A stretch of DNA of 64,000 bases from Acidimicrobiaceae bacterium (GTDB lineage: Bacteria; Actinomycetota; Acidimicrobiia; Acidimicrobiales; RAAP-2), in assembly GCA_027355725.1 (NCBI GenBank), contig DAIEHI010000167.1, forward strand, positions 7,711 through 71,710, written 5' to 3'. Below are positions 1 through 10,362 of the stretch, piece after piece. Position 1 is the stretch's first letter, and each line of letters begins with the position of its first letter. The notes beneath the pieces were generated by a model. It saw nothing but the letters and a program-made list of their open reading frames with translations. It made no database searches and was not told where the DNA came from. The position numbers and the translations under genes are program-made.

Positions 1-528
1 GATCTTCTCCTTTGTTGCCTTGATGGGAATGTCCCACTTCTTCGCGTAGTCAACTGAATCGGCGCGCGTCATCCCCCAATTGCGTGCCGGGGCAAGTACT
101 TCGAGGTCAGGCGCCAACGCGTGGGTCCCCACTTCGAAGCGGACCTGGTCATTGCCCTTGCCCGTGCAACCATGTGCCACGGCCGTCGCGTTGAATTTGC
201 GTGCCTGATCGACCAGATGGCGAACGATGACGGGCCGAGAGAGTGCTGACACCAGTGGGTACTTGCCCTCATATCGTGCATTTGCTGCGATAGCGCTCGC
301 ACAGAATTCATTCGCCATTTCCGCGCGCGCGTCTACGACAACGCATTCAATGGCACCCGCAGCGAGCGCCCGCGATCGAATGTCCTCAAAACTCTCAGAA
401 CTATCCGCGTCTTGTCCCACGTTGACGAGCACGCACACCACTTCAACGCCCCACTCCTCAATCATCCACCTCACGGCGACCGAGGTGTCGAGGCCTCCGC
501 TGTAGGCGAGAACAACTCGTTTACCCAT
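1..528 (-). CDS. argG: Argininosuccinate synthase (N-terminal part; runs off window edge)
   Basis: Manual translation from ATG at 528: MGKRVVLAYSGGLDTSV...YEGKYPLVSALSRP...AHGCTGKGNDQVRF; follows argR. Confidence 0.97.
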   Translation of the reverse strand, partial: MGKRVVLAYSGGLDTSVAVRWMIEEWGVEVVCVLVNVGQDADSSESFEDIRSRALAAGAIECVVVDARAEMANEFCASAIAANARYEGKYPLVSALSRPVIVRHLVDQARKFNATAVAHGCTGKGNDQVRFEVGTHALAPDLEVLAPARNWGMTRADSVDYAKKWDIPIKATKEKI

Positions 529-1021
529 GCTTGCTACCTTTCATTGTCGTGGTCAATTCATCTAGTCCGGCCAATGCGCGAAATTGCTCGGCGAGGGAAC
601 TCCCACCCAGCGATTCGCTCGCGATGACCAAGATTGTGTCGTCGCCAGCAACGCTACCGAGTACGTCATCGAGTGCGCTTCGATCCAATGCAGAAGCCAC
701 CACATGGGCGCAGCCCGGGGGCGTTCGTACAACGACCAGGTTCGCAGAACTCTCAACTGACACCACCCATTCACCCATCATCCGGCGCAGGTGATCGAGC
801 GGTGCCGGACTGGACTTCGCGGCCGTCGCCACCACGATTCGGCGTGTTCCATGCTCGTCTCGAACCTTGATGGTCCCAAGCTCTTGCAGGTCGCGGGTGA
901 CCGTGGCCTGAGTTGCCGAGATGCCCTCACCCTGCAGGCGAGTGACCAGTTGGGCTGCCGTTGAGATCACCTCACGTTCAATGAGCTCTCCGATTCGGTG
1001 CTGACGTTGCGTCTTAGTCAT
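521..1021 (-). CDS. argR: Arginine repressor
   Basis: MTKTQRQHRI...ATQATVTRDLQELG...VVRTPPGCAHVVASALD...GSVAGDDTIL; start trimmed to ATG 1021. Confidence 0.95.
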   Translation of the reverse strand: MTKTQRQHRIGELIEREVISTAAQLVTRLQGEGISATQATVTRDLQELGTIKVRDEHGTRRIVVATAAKSSPAPLDHLRRMMGEWVVSVESSANLVVVRTPPGCAHVVASALDRSALDDVLGSVAGDDTILVIASESLGGSSLAEQFRALAGLDELTTTMKGSKHG

Positions 1022-1940
1022 TAGTCCCCTCTTTGATCCATCGCAAGACACCCAGCATCGCCGAGCGACGGTGATACACCTGTCGCCATACGAGAGACTG
1101 CGCGCTATCCAATACGTCGTCGGTGATCTCATCACCACGATGCGCGGGAAGACAGTGCAGCACCATCGCGCCCGGCTTCGCCCGCTCGAGTAGCGCCCTA
1201 TCGAGTCGGAATGGAGTGAGGTCCCTGCGGCGCTGTTCGGTTTCCGCCTCAAATCCCATCGAGACCCACGCGTCGGTGTACACAACGTCAGCATCACGCA
1301 CGGCATCGCCGGGCGAGTCGCTCACGACCAGGGTTCCACCTCCACTCACGCGCGCGGGGTCCTCTTCGCCCCCCGCCACCAGTTGATAGCCCTGGGGCGC
1401 ACCCACGGTGACATTCACCCCCAGACGCAGCAGTGCCACCGCGAGCGATCGGGTGACGTTGGTGGCGTCACCCACGTAGGCGACTTTCAAGCCCGCAAGC
1501 TTGCTCACGTCTCCGTCTGAGAAGTGTTCAGCAATGGTCAAGACGTCCGCCACCGCCTGCGTTGGATGCGCGACGTCGCTCAACAAGTTCACGAGCGACA
1601 TGCGTTCTCTCGTGGCGGCACGTATTCGCGAGAACACCATGTGATTGCGCACGCGCATCGCGCACATCGAATACATCTCAGAGAGGGTTCGCCCAATGTC
1701 CTCAGCCGACTCGCGACTGTCCAGACCAATCTCTTCGTCGCTGAAGAAGGTCACGTATCCCCCGAGTTCGTGCACCGCAGATGAACTTGACGCACGTGTG
1801 CGCAGACTTGGCCGCTCGAACACCAGTGCGACACCCTGTCCCTTCAGGGTCTCATCGTTGAATGGTGATGTCGCGTGCTTGTAGATCCTCTTCAGATCGT
1901 GCTGCGACAGTTGTTCGATCGTGGTGAAATGTCTCGTCAT
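1014..1940 (-). CDS. argF: Ornithine carbamoyltransferase
   Basis: FERPSLRT, HPTQ, YTDAWVSMG and HCLPAHRG motifs; arg context. Confidence 0.93.
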   Translation of the reverse strand: MTRHFTTIEQLSQHDLKRIYKHATSPFNDETLKGQGVALVFERPSLRTRASSSSAVHELGGYVTFFSDEEIGLDSRESAEDIGRTLSEMYSMCAMRVRNHMVFSRIRAATRERMSLVNLLSDVAHPTQAVADVLTIAEHFSDGDVSKLAGLKVAYVGDATNVTRSLAVALLRLGVNVTVGAPQGYQLVAGGEEDPARVSGGGTLVVSDSPGDAVRDADVVYTDAWVSMGFEAETEQRRRDLTPFRLDRALLERAKPGAMVLHCLPAHRGDEITDDVLDSAQSLVWRQVYHRRSAMLGVLRWIKEGTND

Positions 1941-2728
1941 TTAACTACCTCCGTAGTAGGGATTCGCCCCTCAATCGCGTCGCGAAGGGCGTGAGGTCGT
2001 TTCCCATTGGCGAGGAGTATGCGCGACGCGCCGGCCCCGAGGGCGTCGAGCGCGGCCACGAGTTTTGGGCGCATGCCATCTCGTGCCGCACCCGAGGCCA
2101 CGAGTTCTTCGATCTGTGCACCCGTCACCTTCGCCAGCGCCGTGGACGGATCGTCGACATCTGAGCGCAATTGGTCGATGTCACTCAACATCACGAGCAC
2201 ATCAGCATTGAGAGCGCCCGCCAATGCTCCCGCCGAGGAATCTGCGTTGCAGTTGAGCAATTCTCCGTCTTCATCGAGCGCGAACGGACTGATTACCGGC
2301 GTGAGTTCGCCGCCCCAGAGGGTCTCAATGATCCCAGTACGGACGCTCGGCGTGGCTCCCGCGCGTTTCCAGGGTTCACCCAACGACGTTGACCTGAACA
2401 GTCCGCCATCGCCACCGTTGATGCCCACGCTGGCAACGCCGCTCTGGGCCAGACTGGCCGTGATGAGCAGGTTCACGTGCTGAAGTGCCATTGCCACGTA
2501 CATCATGGTCACCGTGTCGGTCACGCGTAAGCCGTCAACAAAGCGACTCGCCACCCCAACACTGTCTAACAACTCACCAATTTGAGGGCCTCCGCCGTGC
2601 ACGATCGCACACTGGGTACCGCTGGCGACGAAACCGGTCAGGTCTTGAGCCAGATCAACGAGCACTGGTGCGTTCGGACGCAGGGAATCGAGCGCATGCC
2701 CACCGACCTTCACCACAACGCGTCTCAT
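1937..2728 (-). CDS. argB: Acetylglutamate kinase
   Basis: VVKVGG, VHGGGPQI, GLRVTD, NCNAD and GMRPK motifs. Confidence 0.93.
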   Translation of the reverse strand: MRRVVVKVGGHALDSLRPNAPVLVDLAQDLTGFVASGTQCAIVHGGGPQIGELLDSVGVASRFVDGLRVTDTVTMMYVAMALQHVNLLITASLAQSGVASVGINGGDGGLFRSTSLGEPWKRAGATPSVRTGIIETLWGGELTPVISPFALDEDGELLNCNADSSAGALAGALNADVLVMLSDIDQLRSDVDDPSTALAKVTGAQIEELVASGAARDGMRPKLVAALDALGAGASRILLANGKRPHALRDAIEGRIPTTEVVK

Positions 2729-3741
2729 GGGGTCACGCCGCTCAGGGGCAAGCCCATCGTCTCGTCACGACCCGTCGCCACGTTGAAGGCCTGAATTGCT
2801 TGTCCGGCGGCACCCTTGACGAGGTTGTCGAGCGAACTCATCGCTACGAGCCAACCCGTTCTTTCGTCGACTCGCGCGCTCACGAAGCAGAGATTGCTCC
2901 CAACGGGGTCCTTCAGCGTCGGAGGCTCATCGATGACCACGACGAAGGGGTCGTCTTCGTAGGTCGAACGCAGCAGCGCAAGGGCGTCGTCTGTCGTGAA
3001 GCCGGAAGCGCTCACACGCGCATAGCCCGTAATCAGCATGCCTCGACTGACCGGCACCAGGTGCGGTGTGAAGAGCACCTCGGCACCGATCTCCTCTTGA
3101 ATCTCGATTGTGTGCCGATGACGCAAGAGGCCATAGGCCTCGGCGTTACCAGAGAGTCGAGCGAAATGTAGTCGGTCACTCGTGGCTCGCCCGGCGCCCG
3201 AGACCCCACTCAGCGCATTCACGATGAGCCCGGCGGCTTCCACGACACCATGGTCGAGGAAGGGGCCGAGTGCCAGTGACGTCGACGTTGGGTAGCAACC
3301 AGGCACCGCAATCAACTGCGCGCCCACCAACTCTTCACGGTGACGTTCGACGAGCCCGTATACGGAGGCCTTTAGAAGGTGTGCCGCTCGGTGAGTTTCG
3401 CCGTACCACTCTTGGTAGTGCGACGGATCCTTCAGGCGAAAATCCGCGCCTAAATCAACGACTCGAGTACCCCGTTCGAGCAGCGAAGGCACGAGGGACT
3501 GACTGTGTCCATGGGGCAAGGCTATGAAGGCCACGTCGAGAGCAACGTCACTCGCCTCGGAGGCTTTTGCGTACATGAGATCTGGGTACAACCCCGCGAG
3601 CGCAGGCGCGTGCTCGCTGACGCGCTTACCCGCATTGCTGTCCCCGGTAGCGAGCACCACCTCAAGGTCGGGGTGTCCCGCACTGAGACGCAACACTTCG
3701 AGACCCGCGTACCCGGTTGCTCCGAAGATGCCAACGTTCAT
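2725..3741 (-). CDS. argC: N-acetyl-gamma-glutamyl-phosphate reductase
   Basis: GATGYAG, AVPGCYPT, SGVSGAGR, DNLVKGAAGQA. Confidence 0.96.
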   Translation of the reverse strand: MNVGIFGATGYAGLEVLRLSAGHPDLEVVLATGDSNAGKRVSEHAPALAGLYPDLMYAKASEASDVALDVAFIALPHGHSQSLVPSLLERGTRVVDLGADFRLKDPSHYQEWYGETHRAAHLLKASVYGLVERHREELVGAQLIAVPGCYPTSTSLALGPFLDHGVVEAAGLIVNALSGVSGAGRATSDRLHFARLSGNAEAYGLLRHRHTIEIQEEIGAEVLFTPHLVPVSRGMLITGYARVSASGFTTDDALALLRSTYEDDPFVVVIDEPPTLKDPVGSNLCFVSARVDERTGWLVAMSSLDNLVKGAAGQAIQAFNVATGRDETMGLPLSGVTP

Positions 3742-3778
3742 AGTGACATTTTATGCACAGCAAGGCACAAAAATGCAA
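3742..3778 (-). promoter_or_regulatory. Tandem ARG boxes overlapping the leaderless argC -10 element
   Basis: Minus strand TTGCATTTTTGTGCCT..GTGCATAAAATGTCACT; TGCA half-sites 20 bp apart; TAAAAT 6 nt before the argC ATG. Confidence 0.7.
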
Positions 3779-3806
3779 GTCGAGCGCAGCGAAGTATGCT
3801 CATCCC

Positions 3807-4715
3807 ATGACGCGGCGCGGATGGGTCTTGTTTATCGCAATGGCCGTGATTTGGGGTATTCCCTATTTGCTCATTCGAGTGGCGGTGCGCCAGGTGGATC
3901 CCGGGTTCTTGGTGCTTGGTCGTACCGGACCCACCGCGCTACTCATGCTCACTCTCGTGGTCAGTCGTCGTCAACTCGCACTGTTGCGCTCGAATTTCAA
4001 GTGGATTGTCCTCTTTGGCGTCGTCGAGTTCGGTGTGCCGTGGTTCTTCATGTCAACCGCGGAGAAGCACATCACCAGTTCGCTCACCAGTCTCTTGATC
4101 TGTACGGTACCCCTGTTGTCGGTGGCGATTCAACGTCTGCGTCGCACCAAAGAGCACATCAGCACTCGCCGATACGCCGGATTGGGCATTGGCGCGCTCG
4201 GTGTCGCACTGCTCGTGGGCTTGGACCTGCGCGGCGGCTCGATCGTCTGGCTTTCCATGATGTTGGTGGTCTGCGTGGGCTACACAATCGGTCCGATGAT
4301 TCTGGCGACGAAACTCTCCCACGTACCTGGCCCAGTCATCGTCGCCGGCGCAACCAGCTTCGTAGCGCTTGGATGGTTGCCGTGGTCAATCGCGCATTGG
4401 CCCGCGCACGCGTCCACTGAGACGATCTCGAGCATCGCGGTCCTGTCCATTGTCTGCACCGCTGGCGCCTTTCTCATCTTCTTCGAACTCGTGAAGGAGG
4501 TCGGCTCAACAAAATCCGTGGTGGTCACCTACATCAATACCGCCCTGGCGGTAGCGCTCGGTGTCATGGGACTGAACGAGCCGCTCACCGTCGGCATCAT
4601 CATCGGGTTCCCGCTCGTGCTCATCGGGTCCATCTTCGCCACCAGTGGCGCAACGAAGAAGGCTCCTCTACGTGGCGAAGTGAGCAGCGACACGCACCTC
4701 GTCGTCAACGACTAA
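3807..4715 (+). CDS. EamA/DMT family transporter
   Basis: About 10 TM helices; IWGIPYL, TYINTALAVALG..LNEP; ATG 3807 preceded by TATGCT-N6. Confidence 0.88.
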   Translation: MTRRGWVLFIAMAVIWGIPYLLIRVAVRQVDPGFLVLGRTGPTALLMLTLVVSRRQLALLRSNFKWIVLFGVVEFGVPWFFMSTAEKHITSSLTSLLICTVPLLSVAIQRLRRTKEHISTRRYAGLGIGALGVALLVGLDLRGGSIVWLSMMLVVCVGYTIGPMILATKLSHVPGPVIVAGATSFVALGWLPWSIAHWPAHASTETISSIAVLSIVCTAGAFLIFFELVKEVGSTKSVVVTYINTALAVALGVMGLNEPLTVGIIIGFPLVLIGSIFATSGATKKAPLRGEVSSDTHLVVND

Positions 4716-5372
4716 CCAGAGCGACTCGTGAGCGAGCGCCAGCCTCACATCGTTCCCGCCTTCCACCGGTCCGTGGTGGATCACCTCGACTGAAGCCACC
4801 GGTCCCTGGACCACTTCGGTCACGGCCTGCCAGACTGCAGCGTTATTGACGTGACCAACGACGTCCAGATCAGCCCGGCGAAGCGGCCACGCCAGCCAGC
4901 GTGCGTCAGTAGGCGGAGATGTGACGTGTACGCGCCCCGAGACTTTGCGGCCCATCATCGCTTCGCCGTAAACGTCGAAGAACGAACGGCGCACGCGAAC
5001 AGGATGACCCCCCAGGTCAATGGGTACCCACAAGGCAACGCTCTGAACCGACAACTCGTTGTTCACAAAGAGATCCGTACGACGTTCCGCCCATGCGGCA
5101 CCAACGCCACCACACCACGTCGTCAGCGCAACCGTGTCCTTTAGAACGGGCCAGCGCCCACTCGCGACAACTCTGAGTGCCGTGCGACGGACGACCCACG
5201 TATCGTCCGAAACGATTCCAGTATCGTCCCAATCATCGGTTGCCACATCCTGGAGATATCGCGCGATACCGTCGAGACGCAGGTGTCCATCGGGACCGGT
5301 GTCGCTGAGTCGGACCGGAACTTCGAGGGTGAAGGTGCGCCCGCGCTCTGGGGTGGGAACGAACTCGATCAC
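4668..5372 (-). CDS. Acyl-ACP thioesterase domain protein
   Basis: VRLSD...RLDGIARYLQDVA, DLDVVGHVNNA hot-dog motif. Confidence 0.8.
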   Translation of the reverse strand: MIEFVPTPERGRTFTLEVPVRLSDTGPDGHLRLDGIARYLQDVATDDWDDTGIVSDDTWVVRRTALRVVASGRWPVLKDTVALTTWCGGVGAAWAERRTDLFVNNELSVQSVALWVPIDLGGHPVRVRRSFFDVYGEAMMGRKVSGRVHVTSPPTDARWLAWPLRRADLDVVGHVNNAAVWQAVTEVVQGPVASVEVIHHGPVEGGNDVRLALAHESLWLVVDDEVRVAAHFAT

Positions 5373-5401
5373 CTTCTCAAGTTACCCGAGCCTCGAAGAA
5401 C

Positions 5402-7876
5402 TCAGCGAAGCACCGCACCCAATTCGCGGGCGCGCCCTATGAGTCGCTCGCGTTCGCTGCCAACTTCGGATTCACTGAGGGTTCGATCCTTTGAGCTGAG
5501 GCGGATTGAATAGGCCAGACTCCTCGTGCCCTCTGGCAGACTCTCATCCTCATACACATCAAAGAGATCAACACTCTCCACGAGCTCACTCTCAGAGATG
5601 AGCTCGTGTGCGAGGTCGCTTGCGTGCACAGAACGCGGGGTCACGAAGGCGAGATCAAAGGCTGCACTTGGGAACCGACTAGGAACCTCAGCGAGTTCGC
5701 TCCTTCGCAGTGCTCGCGTCGGATCCGCGAGCGCGTCAAAGTCAAGATCAATGACACCGAGGCGCCGACCACGAAGCGATGGTGCCAGCGACTCAATGAG
5801 CGAAGTATCCACTTCACCGACGTGGCCAATCACTGCGCCCGATTCACGGTCTACGAGGGCGCCGGTACGCGTCGGATGCAGGCCCGCTGGACACTCCATC
5901 GAACTCCTCACGACCACGTCTTTAAGCCCCAGACGCCGCGAGAGCACCGTCCAAAAGCCAACGGCGACACGCGCATCATCGTCGAGGCGTCCAAAGACGA
6001 CCGTTACTCTCTCTTTCTCGTGGGGCAATTCAAGTGTCACGCCGCCACCCTCACCACCTTTGGTGACGCGAGCATGAGTGCTCGAGAGCGGGTGAGTGAA
6101 CACCGTGCCGATCTCACCAAGCACCACGTCGCCCACACCGCGCTCGATGTTTCGAATCCAGACCTTGACGAGCCCTGTGATCATCGTCGCCCTGAGCACC
6201 GATTCTTCAGAAGCCAGCGGATTGGTGATACGCACTCGCTCCTCGTTCGAATGCACGAGATCGAAGTCGCCGTCACTGATCAGCGTGGGAGTCCACGCCT
6301 CAATCACTCCGAGGTCGACGATGACGTCGCGCACGCGCCGTCGCAGTCTCTGGCGAGCGTTGAGCCCACCCGGCTCGGGCCACGTGGGTGTGTGCCGTGG
6401 AAGACGGCCGTAGCCGTAGAGACGTGCAACCTCCTCGATCACGTCAGCGCGCCCTGGGCTGCCACTCCTCACGTCGAGTCGCGCACTGGGTGGAGTGACC
6501 ACAAGGCCCGTCGTGTCACTTTGAACGCTAAAACCGAGCCCCTCGAGTATCGACGTCACCTCGGCACGCGAGAGTGAGACCCCTAGAGTCCTAGCGATGT
6601 CGCCGTCTCGCAGGTGTACTTGCGGCAACGTCGGCACCGTACCGCGCACGTCCAACGAATTGGCCAGCCACTCCAAGTCCTCGACGCTCTCTCGCAGGAT
6701 TTCAACGAATCGTGCCACCGCTCGAAGACCGAGCTCAGGATCGACGCCGCGTTCGAATCGATTCGACGCTTCACTGCGTAGGCCGTGCCGCTTGGAACTG
6801 CGCGCAATCGTCATCGGATCGAAGTACGCGGCTTCGAGTAAGACGTCTGTCGTAGCGGCGCTGATCTCGCTCGAAGCTCCACCCATGATGCCTGCTAGCC
6901 CGAGAACGCGATCATCACCGTCGACTATGACGCAGTCCTCGCCGGTGTCGCCAAGACCGCGGCCAGCCATCGCAAGCGGACGTTGAATGCCGTCGAGGGT
7001 TTCAAGGACTTCCCCACTTCGCGCTCGTCGCACTCGAATCGTGTGCTGGGCAACATGCTGAGCGTCGTAGGGATGGGTTGGCTGTCCAAGTTCGAGCATC
7101 ACGTAGTTCGACGCGTCAACCACATTCGATATAGGGCGCATGCCCGCTGACTGGAGTCGCTGCGCTATCCAAGCGGGCGATGGACCGACCTTGACGTTTC
7201 GAAGCACTGATATCGTCAAACGCCCGCAAAGGTCAGGCGCATCAATGTGTGCTGAAGCAAACGTGGCACTCTCGACCGTGCTCGTGGCCGTGGCTAGCGC
7301 CGGCGCACGTAGCGTGCGTCCCAGCCTCGTCGCCAGATCGCGCGCAACCCCTTCAACGGACCACGCGTCGGGGCGATTGCCCTCTACGGATATATCAAAG
7401 ACCACATCGGATGTGAGTGAAAGGGCGTCGAGGAGTCCTTCGCCGATCTTTGGCGTGGTGAGTTCGTCAAGGATCATGAGGCCCTGATGATCCTCGTCGA
7501 GGCCCAACTCGCGCGACGAGCACAGCATCCCGTGCGAAGTCACGCCTCGCATCTTTCGCTCGCCGATCGCAAAGCCACCCGGCAAGACCGCCCCAACGGG
7601 TGCCAAGGGTACGAAGTTTCCAACCTCAAAGTTCGTTGCTCCACACACGATCTCGAGTGGGCCTTGACCAGCGTCCACGATCACCAATCGCACGCGATCG
7701 GCACCTTCGATGGCACGAATCTCATCGACTCGCGCTACCACGACATCTTCGAGGCCCTCGCCCACGTATTCAACGCCCTCGACCACGAGTCCTAAATCAT
7801 CAAGGATCGAGCGAAGATCATCCACGGATTCGTCGAGATCGACAAACTCTCGCAACCAACTAAGAGAGATCTTCAT
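5402..7876 (-). CDS. pheT: Phenylalanine--tRNA ligase beta subunit
   Basis: MKISLSWLREFV, IVCGATN, NRPDAWS, EASNRFERGVDP, C-terminal FDX-ACB domain. Confidence 0.97.
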   Translation of the reverse strand: MKISLSWLREFVDLDESVDDLRSILDDLGLVVEGVEYVGEGLEDVVVARVDEIRAIEGADRVRLVIVDAGQGPLEIVCGATNFEVGNFVPLAPVGAVLPGGFAIGERKMRGVTSHGMLCSSRELGLDEDHQGLMILDELTTPKIGEGLLDALSLTSDVVFDISVEGNRPDAWSVEGVARDLATRLGRTLRAPALATATSTVESATFASAHIDAPDLCGRLTISVLRNVKVGPSPAWIAQRLQSAGMRPISNVVDASNYVMLELGQPTHPYDAQHVAQHTIRVRRARSGEVLETLDGIQRPLAMAGRGLGDTGEDCVIVDGDDRVLGLAGIMGGASSEISAATTDVLLEAAYFDPMTIARSSKRHGLRSEASNRFERGVDPELGLRAVARFVEILRESVEDLEWLANSLDVRGTVPTLPQVHLRDGDIARTLGVSLSRAEVTSILEGLGFSVQSDTTGLVVTPPSARLDVRSGSPGRADVIEEVARLYGYGRLPRHTPTWPEPGGLNARQRLRRRVRDVIVDLGVIEAWTPTLISDGDFDLVHSNEERVRITNPLASEESVLRATMITGLVKVWIRNIERGVGDVVLGEIGTVFTHPLSSTHARVTKGGEGGGVTLELPHEKERVTVVFGRLDDDARVAVGFWTVLSRRLGLKDVVVRSSMECPAGLHPTRTGALVDRESGAVIGHVGEVDTSLIESLAPSLRGRRLGVIDLDFDALADPTRALRRSELAEVPSRFPSAAFDLAFVTPRSVHASDLAHELISESELVESVDLFDVYEDESLPEGTRSLAYSIRLSSKDRTLSESEVGSERERLIGRARELGAVLR

Positions 7877-8946
7877 GAGAATTGCTCCAAGAAACGAACG
7901 TCGTTCTCGGTGAGCGCCCTCATGTCAGCGATCTGATGACGCATCTGAGCGCAACGATCGATGCCAAAGCCGAAGGCGAAGCCGCTCCACACCTCGCCGT
8001 CGATACCGACCGCACTCAGCACCGCGGGATCGAGAACGCCGCACCCGCCAAGCTCAATCCATCCAGTCTGTGAACACGTCCTACAGCCTTCGCCGCGACA
8101 AATCGTGCACGTGATCTCGAATTCGGCTGATGGCTCGGTAAAAGGAAAGTACGCCGGCCTCAAGCGCGACGAGATATCGGGTCCAAAGTAGGCACGTGTG
8201 AATGTCTCTATGACGCCCGCGAGGTCGGCGAACGTGATCCCTCGATCAACGACCAGTCCTTCGATCTGATGGAACGTGGCCAAGTGGCGCGCGTCGGGGG
8301 TATCGCGTCGAAAGCAGCGCCCAGGCATCACCGAATGGATCGGCAATGTCGAGGATGACACCGCATTTTCCATCAGGTGAATCTGTGTCGGCGAAGTATG
8401 GGTTCGAAGCACCACCGTCTCCGGCTCGCCCAGCTCGACGTAGAAGGTGTCCCACATCCCTCGCGCGGGATGTGCGGGCGGAATATTGAGTGCCTCGAAG
8501 TTGTACCAGTCACTCTCGACCTCAGGTCCGTCCGACACCGTGAATCCCATCGAGACAAAGACGTCCTCGAGCTCGCGTTGGGTGGAGGCAACCAGGCTCG
8601 CGTGGCCCGTCGACGCGGGCCAACGTATTGATGCGACCACGACGTCACCAAGGTCAATGCGGTCTTGCTCTAGTTGGGCGCTGCGCGCATTCGCCGAGAG
8701 CACCTCTCGACGTTTGGCGAAGGCGTCGTCAACCAGACGTCGCGCCTCTTGGAGTCGGGCGCCAGCGTCACGGCGTGCATCGGGATCAAGCGAACCCAAC
8801 GACTTCTGTAGCGACGAGAGCGCCGAGCGCTTGCCAATGATGGAGGCTTCGGCGTCGACGAGTGCGGCGAGAGAGTCGAAGGACTCAATTGTCGCGAGCA
8901 GTCTGGTGACTTCCTGACTCAGATTCTCAAGCGGTGAGGTGCTCAT
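7873..8946 (-). CDS. pheS: Phenylalanine--tRNA ligase alpha subunit
   Basis: HPARGMWDTFY, LRTHTSP, FHQIEGL, YFPFTEPSAE, GFAFGFG. Confidence 0.97.
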   Translation of the reverse strand: MSTSPLENLSQEVTRLLATIESFDSLAALVDAEASIIGKRSALSSLQKSLGSLDPDARRDAGARLQEARRLVDDAFAKRREVLSANARSAQLEQDRIDLGDVVVASIRWPASTGHASLVASTQRELEDVFVSMGFTVSDGPEVESDWYNFEALNIPPAHPARGMWDTFYVELGEPETVVLRTHTSPTQIHLMENAVSSSTLPIHSVMPGRCFRRDTPDARHLATFHQIEGLVVDRGITFADLAGVIETFTRAYFGPDISSRLRPAYFPFTEPSAEFEITCTICRGEGCRTCSQTGWIELGGCGVLDPAVLSAVGIDGEVWSGFAFGFGIDRCAQMRHQIADMRALTENDVRFLEQFS

Positions 8947-9761
8947 AACTCCTCAAGGCTACGAGGTACGCGATGCTCGGTGGCGTCTTGTCGCTGGTAG
9001 AGGGCCTCGAAGCATACGAGTGAAGCTGCCACACCGGCGTTGAGCGATTCGCTGCGCCCCGTCATAGGAATGGTGATACTGGCGTCGCACATGGCCACGG
9101 CATGCTCATCGAGGCCAGCAGCCTCATTGCCAATGAGAACGACGCTGGGGTGGTTGAGATCGACATGTCGAAAGCTCTCTTCGCCATTGATCAGCGTTGC
9201 GAAGATCGTGGCACCTTGGGTGCGAAAGTGATCGATTGTTTCTTCGAGGGTTGCAACCACCACTGGAACGTGAAAGATCGAACCCGCTGTTGCACGCAAG
9301 GTCTTTGGATTGAAGGGATCGACCGACTGTCCCGTCAAGACAACGCAACTCACGCCCGCGGCGTCCGCAGAGCGAATGATCGTGCCAACGTTGCCCGGGT
9401 CGCGAACATCGTGCAACACGAGTACGAGGCCCTGAGCGACCAATGACGACAATTCGTGTCGCACCATGCGGACCGAGGCAAGGATCGGCTGAGGGGACTG
9501 CGCGTCGGCGATTTTCGCGATGACGCCCTCACCGAGGCGAAAGATTCTCACGCCACGTCGTTCACCTCGCTGCAGGGTGTCAACAATCGACGCTGACTCT
9601 GCTCGTTCATCAACGTAGATTGCTTCGAACTCATGTGCGACGTCAAGCGCCGCATTGATCAGGTCCGGCCCCTCGAGAACGCACACTCCCTCGCTCCAGC
9701 GCAGCGAACGCTTCTGGACCAGGCGCCGGAGTCGACGCACTCGCTGGTGTGACGATCCCAA
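8943..9761 (-). CDS. TrmH/SpoU family RNA methyltransferase
   Basis: DPGNVGTIIRSADAAG, IGNEAAGL, ESLNAGVA. Confidence 0.9.
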   Translation of the reverse strand: MGSSHQRVRRLRRLVQKRSLRWSEGVCVLEGPDLINAALDVAHEFEAIYVDERAESASIVDTLQRGERRGVRIFRLGEGVIAKIADAQSPQPILASVRMVRHELSSLVAQGLVLVLHDVRDPGNVGTIIRSADAAGVSCVVLTGQSVDPFNPKTLRATAGSIFHVPVVVATLEETIDHFRTQGATIFATLINGEESFRHVDLNHPSVVLIGNEAAGLDEHAVAMCDASITIPMTGRSESLNAGVAASLVCFEALYQRQDATEHRVPRSLEEL

Positions 9762-9779
9762 CGCCTCGATCAGAGATTC

Positions 9780-10139
9780 CTACTTAGTCAGTGCCGCGCT
9801 GGCTTGGGCGACGATGGCGGCAAATGCGGCGCTGTCGTTGACGGCCAGGTCTGCGAGCATACGGCGGTCCACTTCAATGCCCGCGGCGTTCAGCCCAGCG
9901 ATGAAGCGACTGTAGCTAAGACCGTGGGCCCGGGTACCAGCGTTGATGCGCTGAATCCAAAGTCGACGCATGTCACCTTTGCGCGCTCGTCGGTCACGAA
10001 AGGCGTACACGCCCGCGTGCTGGACGGCTTGATTGGCCGCTCGAAAAGTACGGCTGCGATCTCCGTAGTAGCCCTTGGCCTCTTCGAGAATCGCCTTATG
10101 GTGCTTCTTTGCGTTTACTGCTCTCTTGACTCGTGCCAT
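9780..10139 (-). CDS. rplT: 50S ribosomal protein L20
   Basis: MARVKRAV...LWIQRINA...YSRFIAGL. Confidence 0.98.
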   Translation of the reverse strand: MARVKRAVNAKKHHKAILEEAKGYYGDRSRTFRAANQAVQHAGVYAFRDRRARKGDMRRLWIQRINAGTRAHGLSYSRFIAGLNAAGIEVDRRMLADLAVNDSAAFAAIVAQASAALTK

Positions 10140-10166
10140 TTCAGTTCCTCTTCTCTAACTCGTTCT

Positions 10167-10361
10167 CTACAGACCCATCAGCTTCTTGATGTTCTTCTCG
10201 ATACCGGGGGCGATGTCCGTCTCTCGTCCGAGACGACGCGTGCGCACCGACGACTTCTTTTCCATGATGTGGCCACGGAACGCCTTGCGTCGGCGCAGTT
10301 TGCCGCTACCGGTGATCTTGATGCGCTTCTTTGCGCCACTGTCTGTCTTCATCTTTGGCAT
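10167..10361 (-). CDS. rpmI: 50S ribosomal protein L35
   Basis: MPKMKT.SGAKKR.KITGSGK. Confidence 0.97.
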   Translation of the reverse strand: MPKMKTDSGAKKRIKITGSGKLRRRKAFRGHIMEKKSSVRTRRLGRETDIAPGIEKNIKKLMGL

Positions 10362-10362
10362 T

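Noticed and set aside
1014-1940. ArgF as an N-acetyl/succinyl-ornithine transcarbamylase (SLRT motif; argJ missing)
   Set aside because: It retains the DxxxSMG ornithine-binding loop of canonical OTCases.
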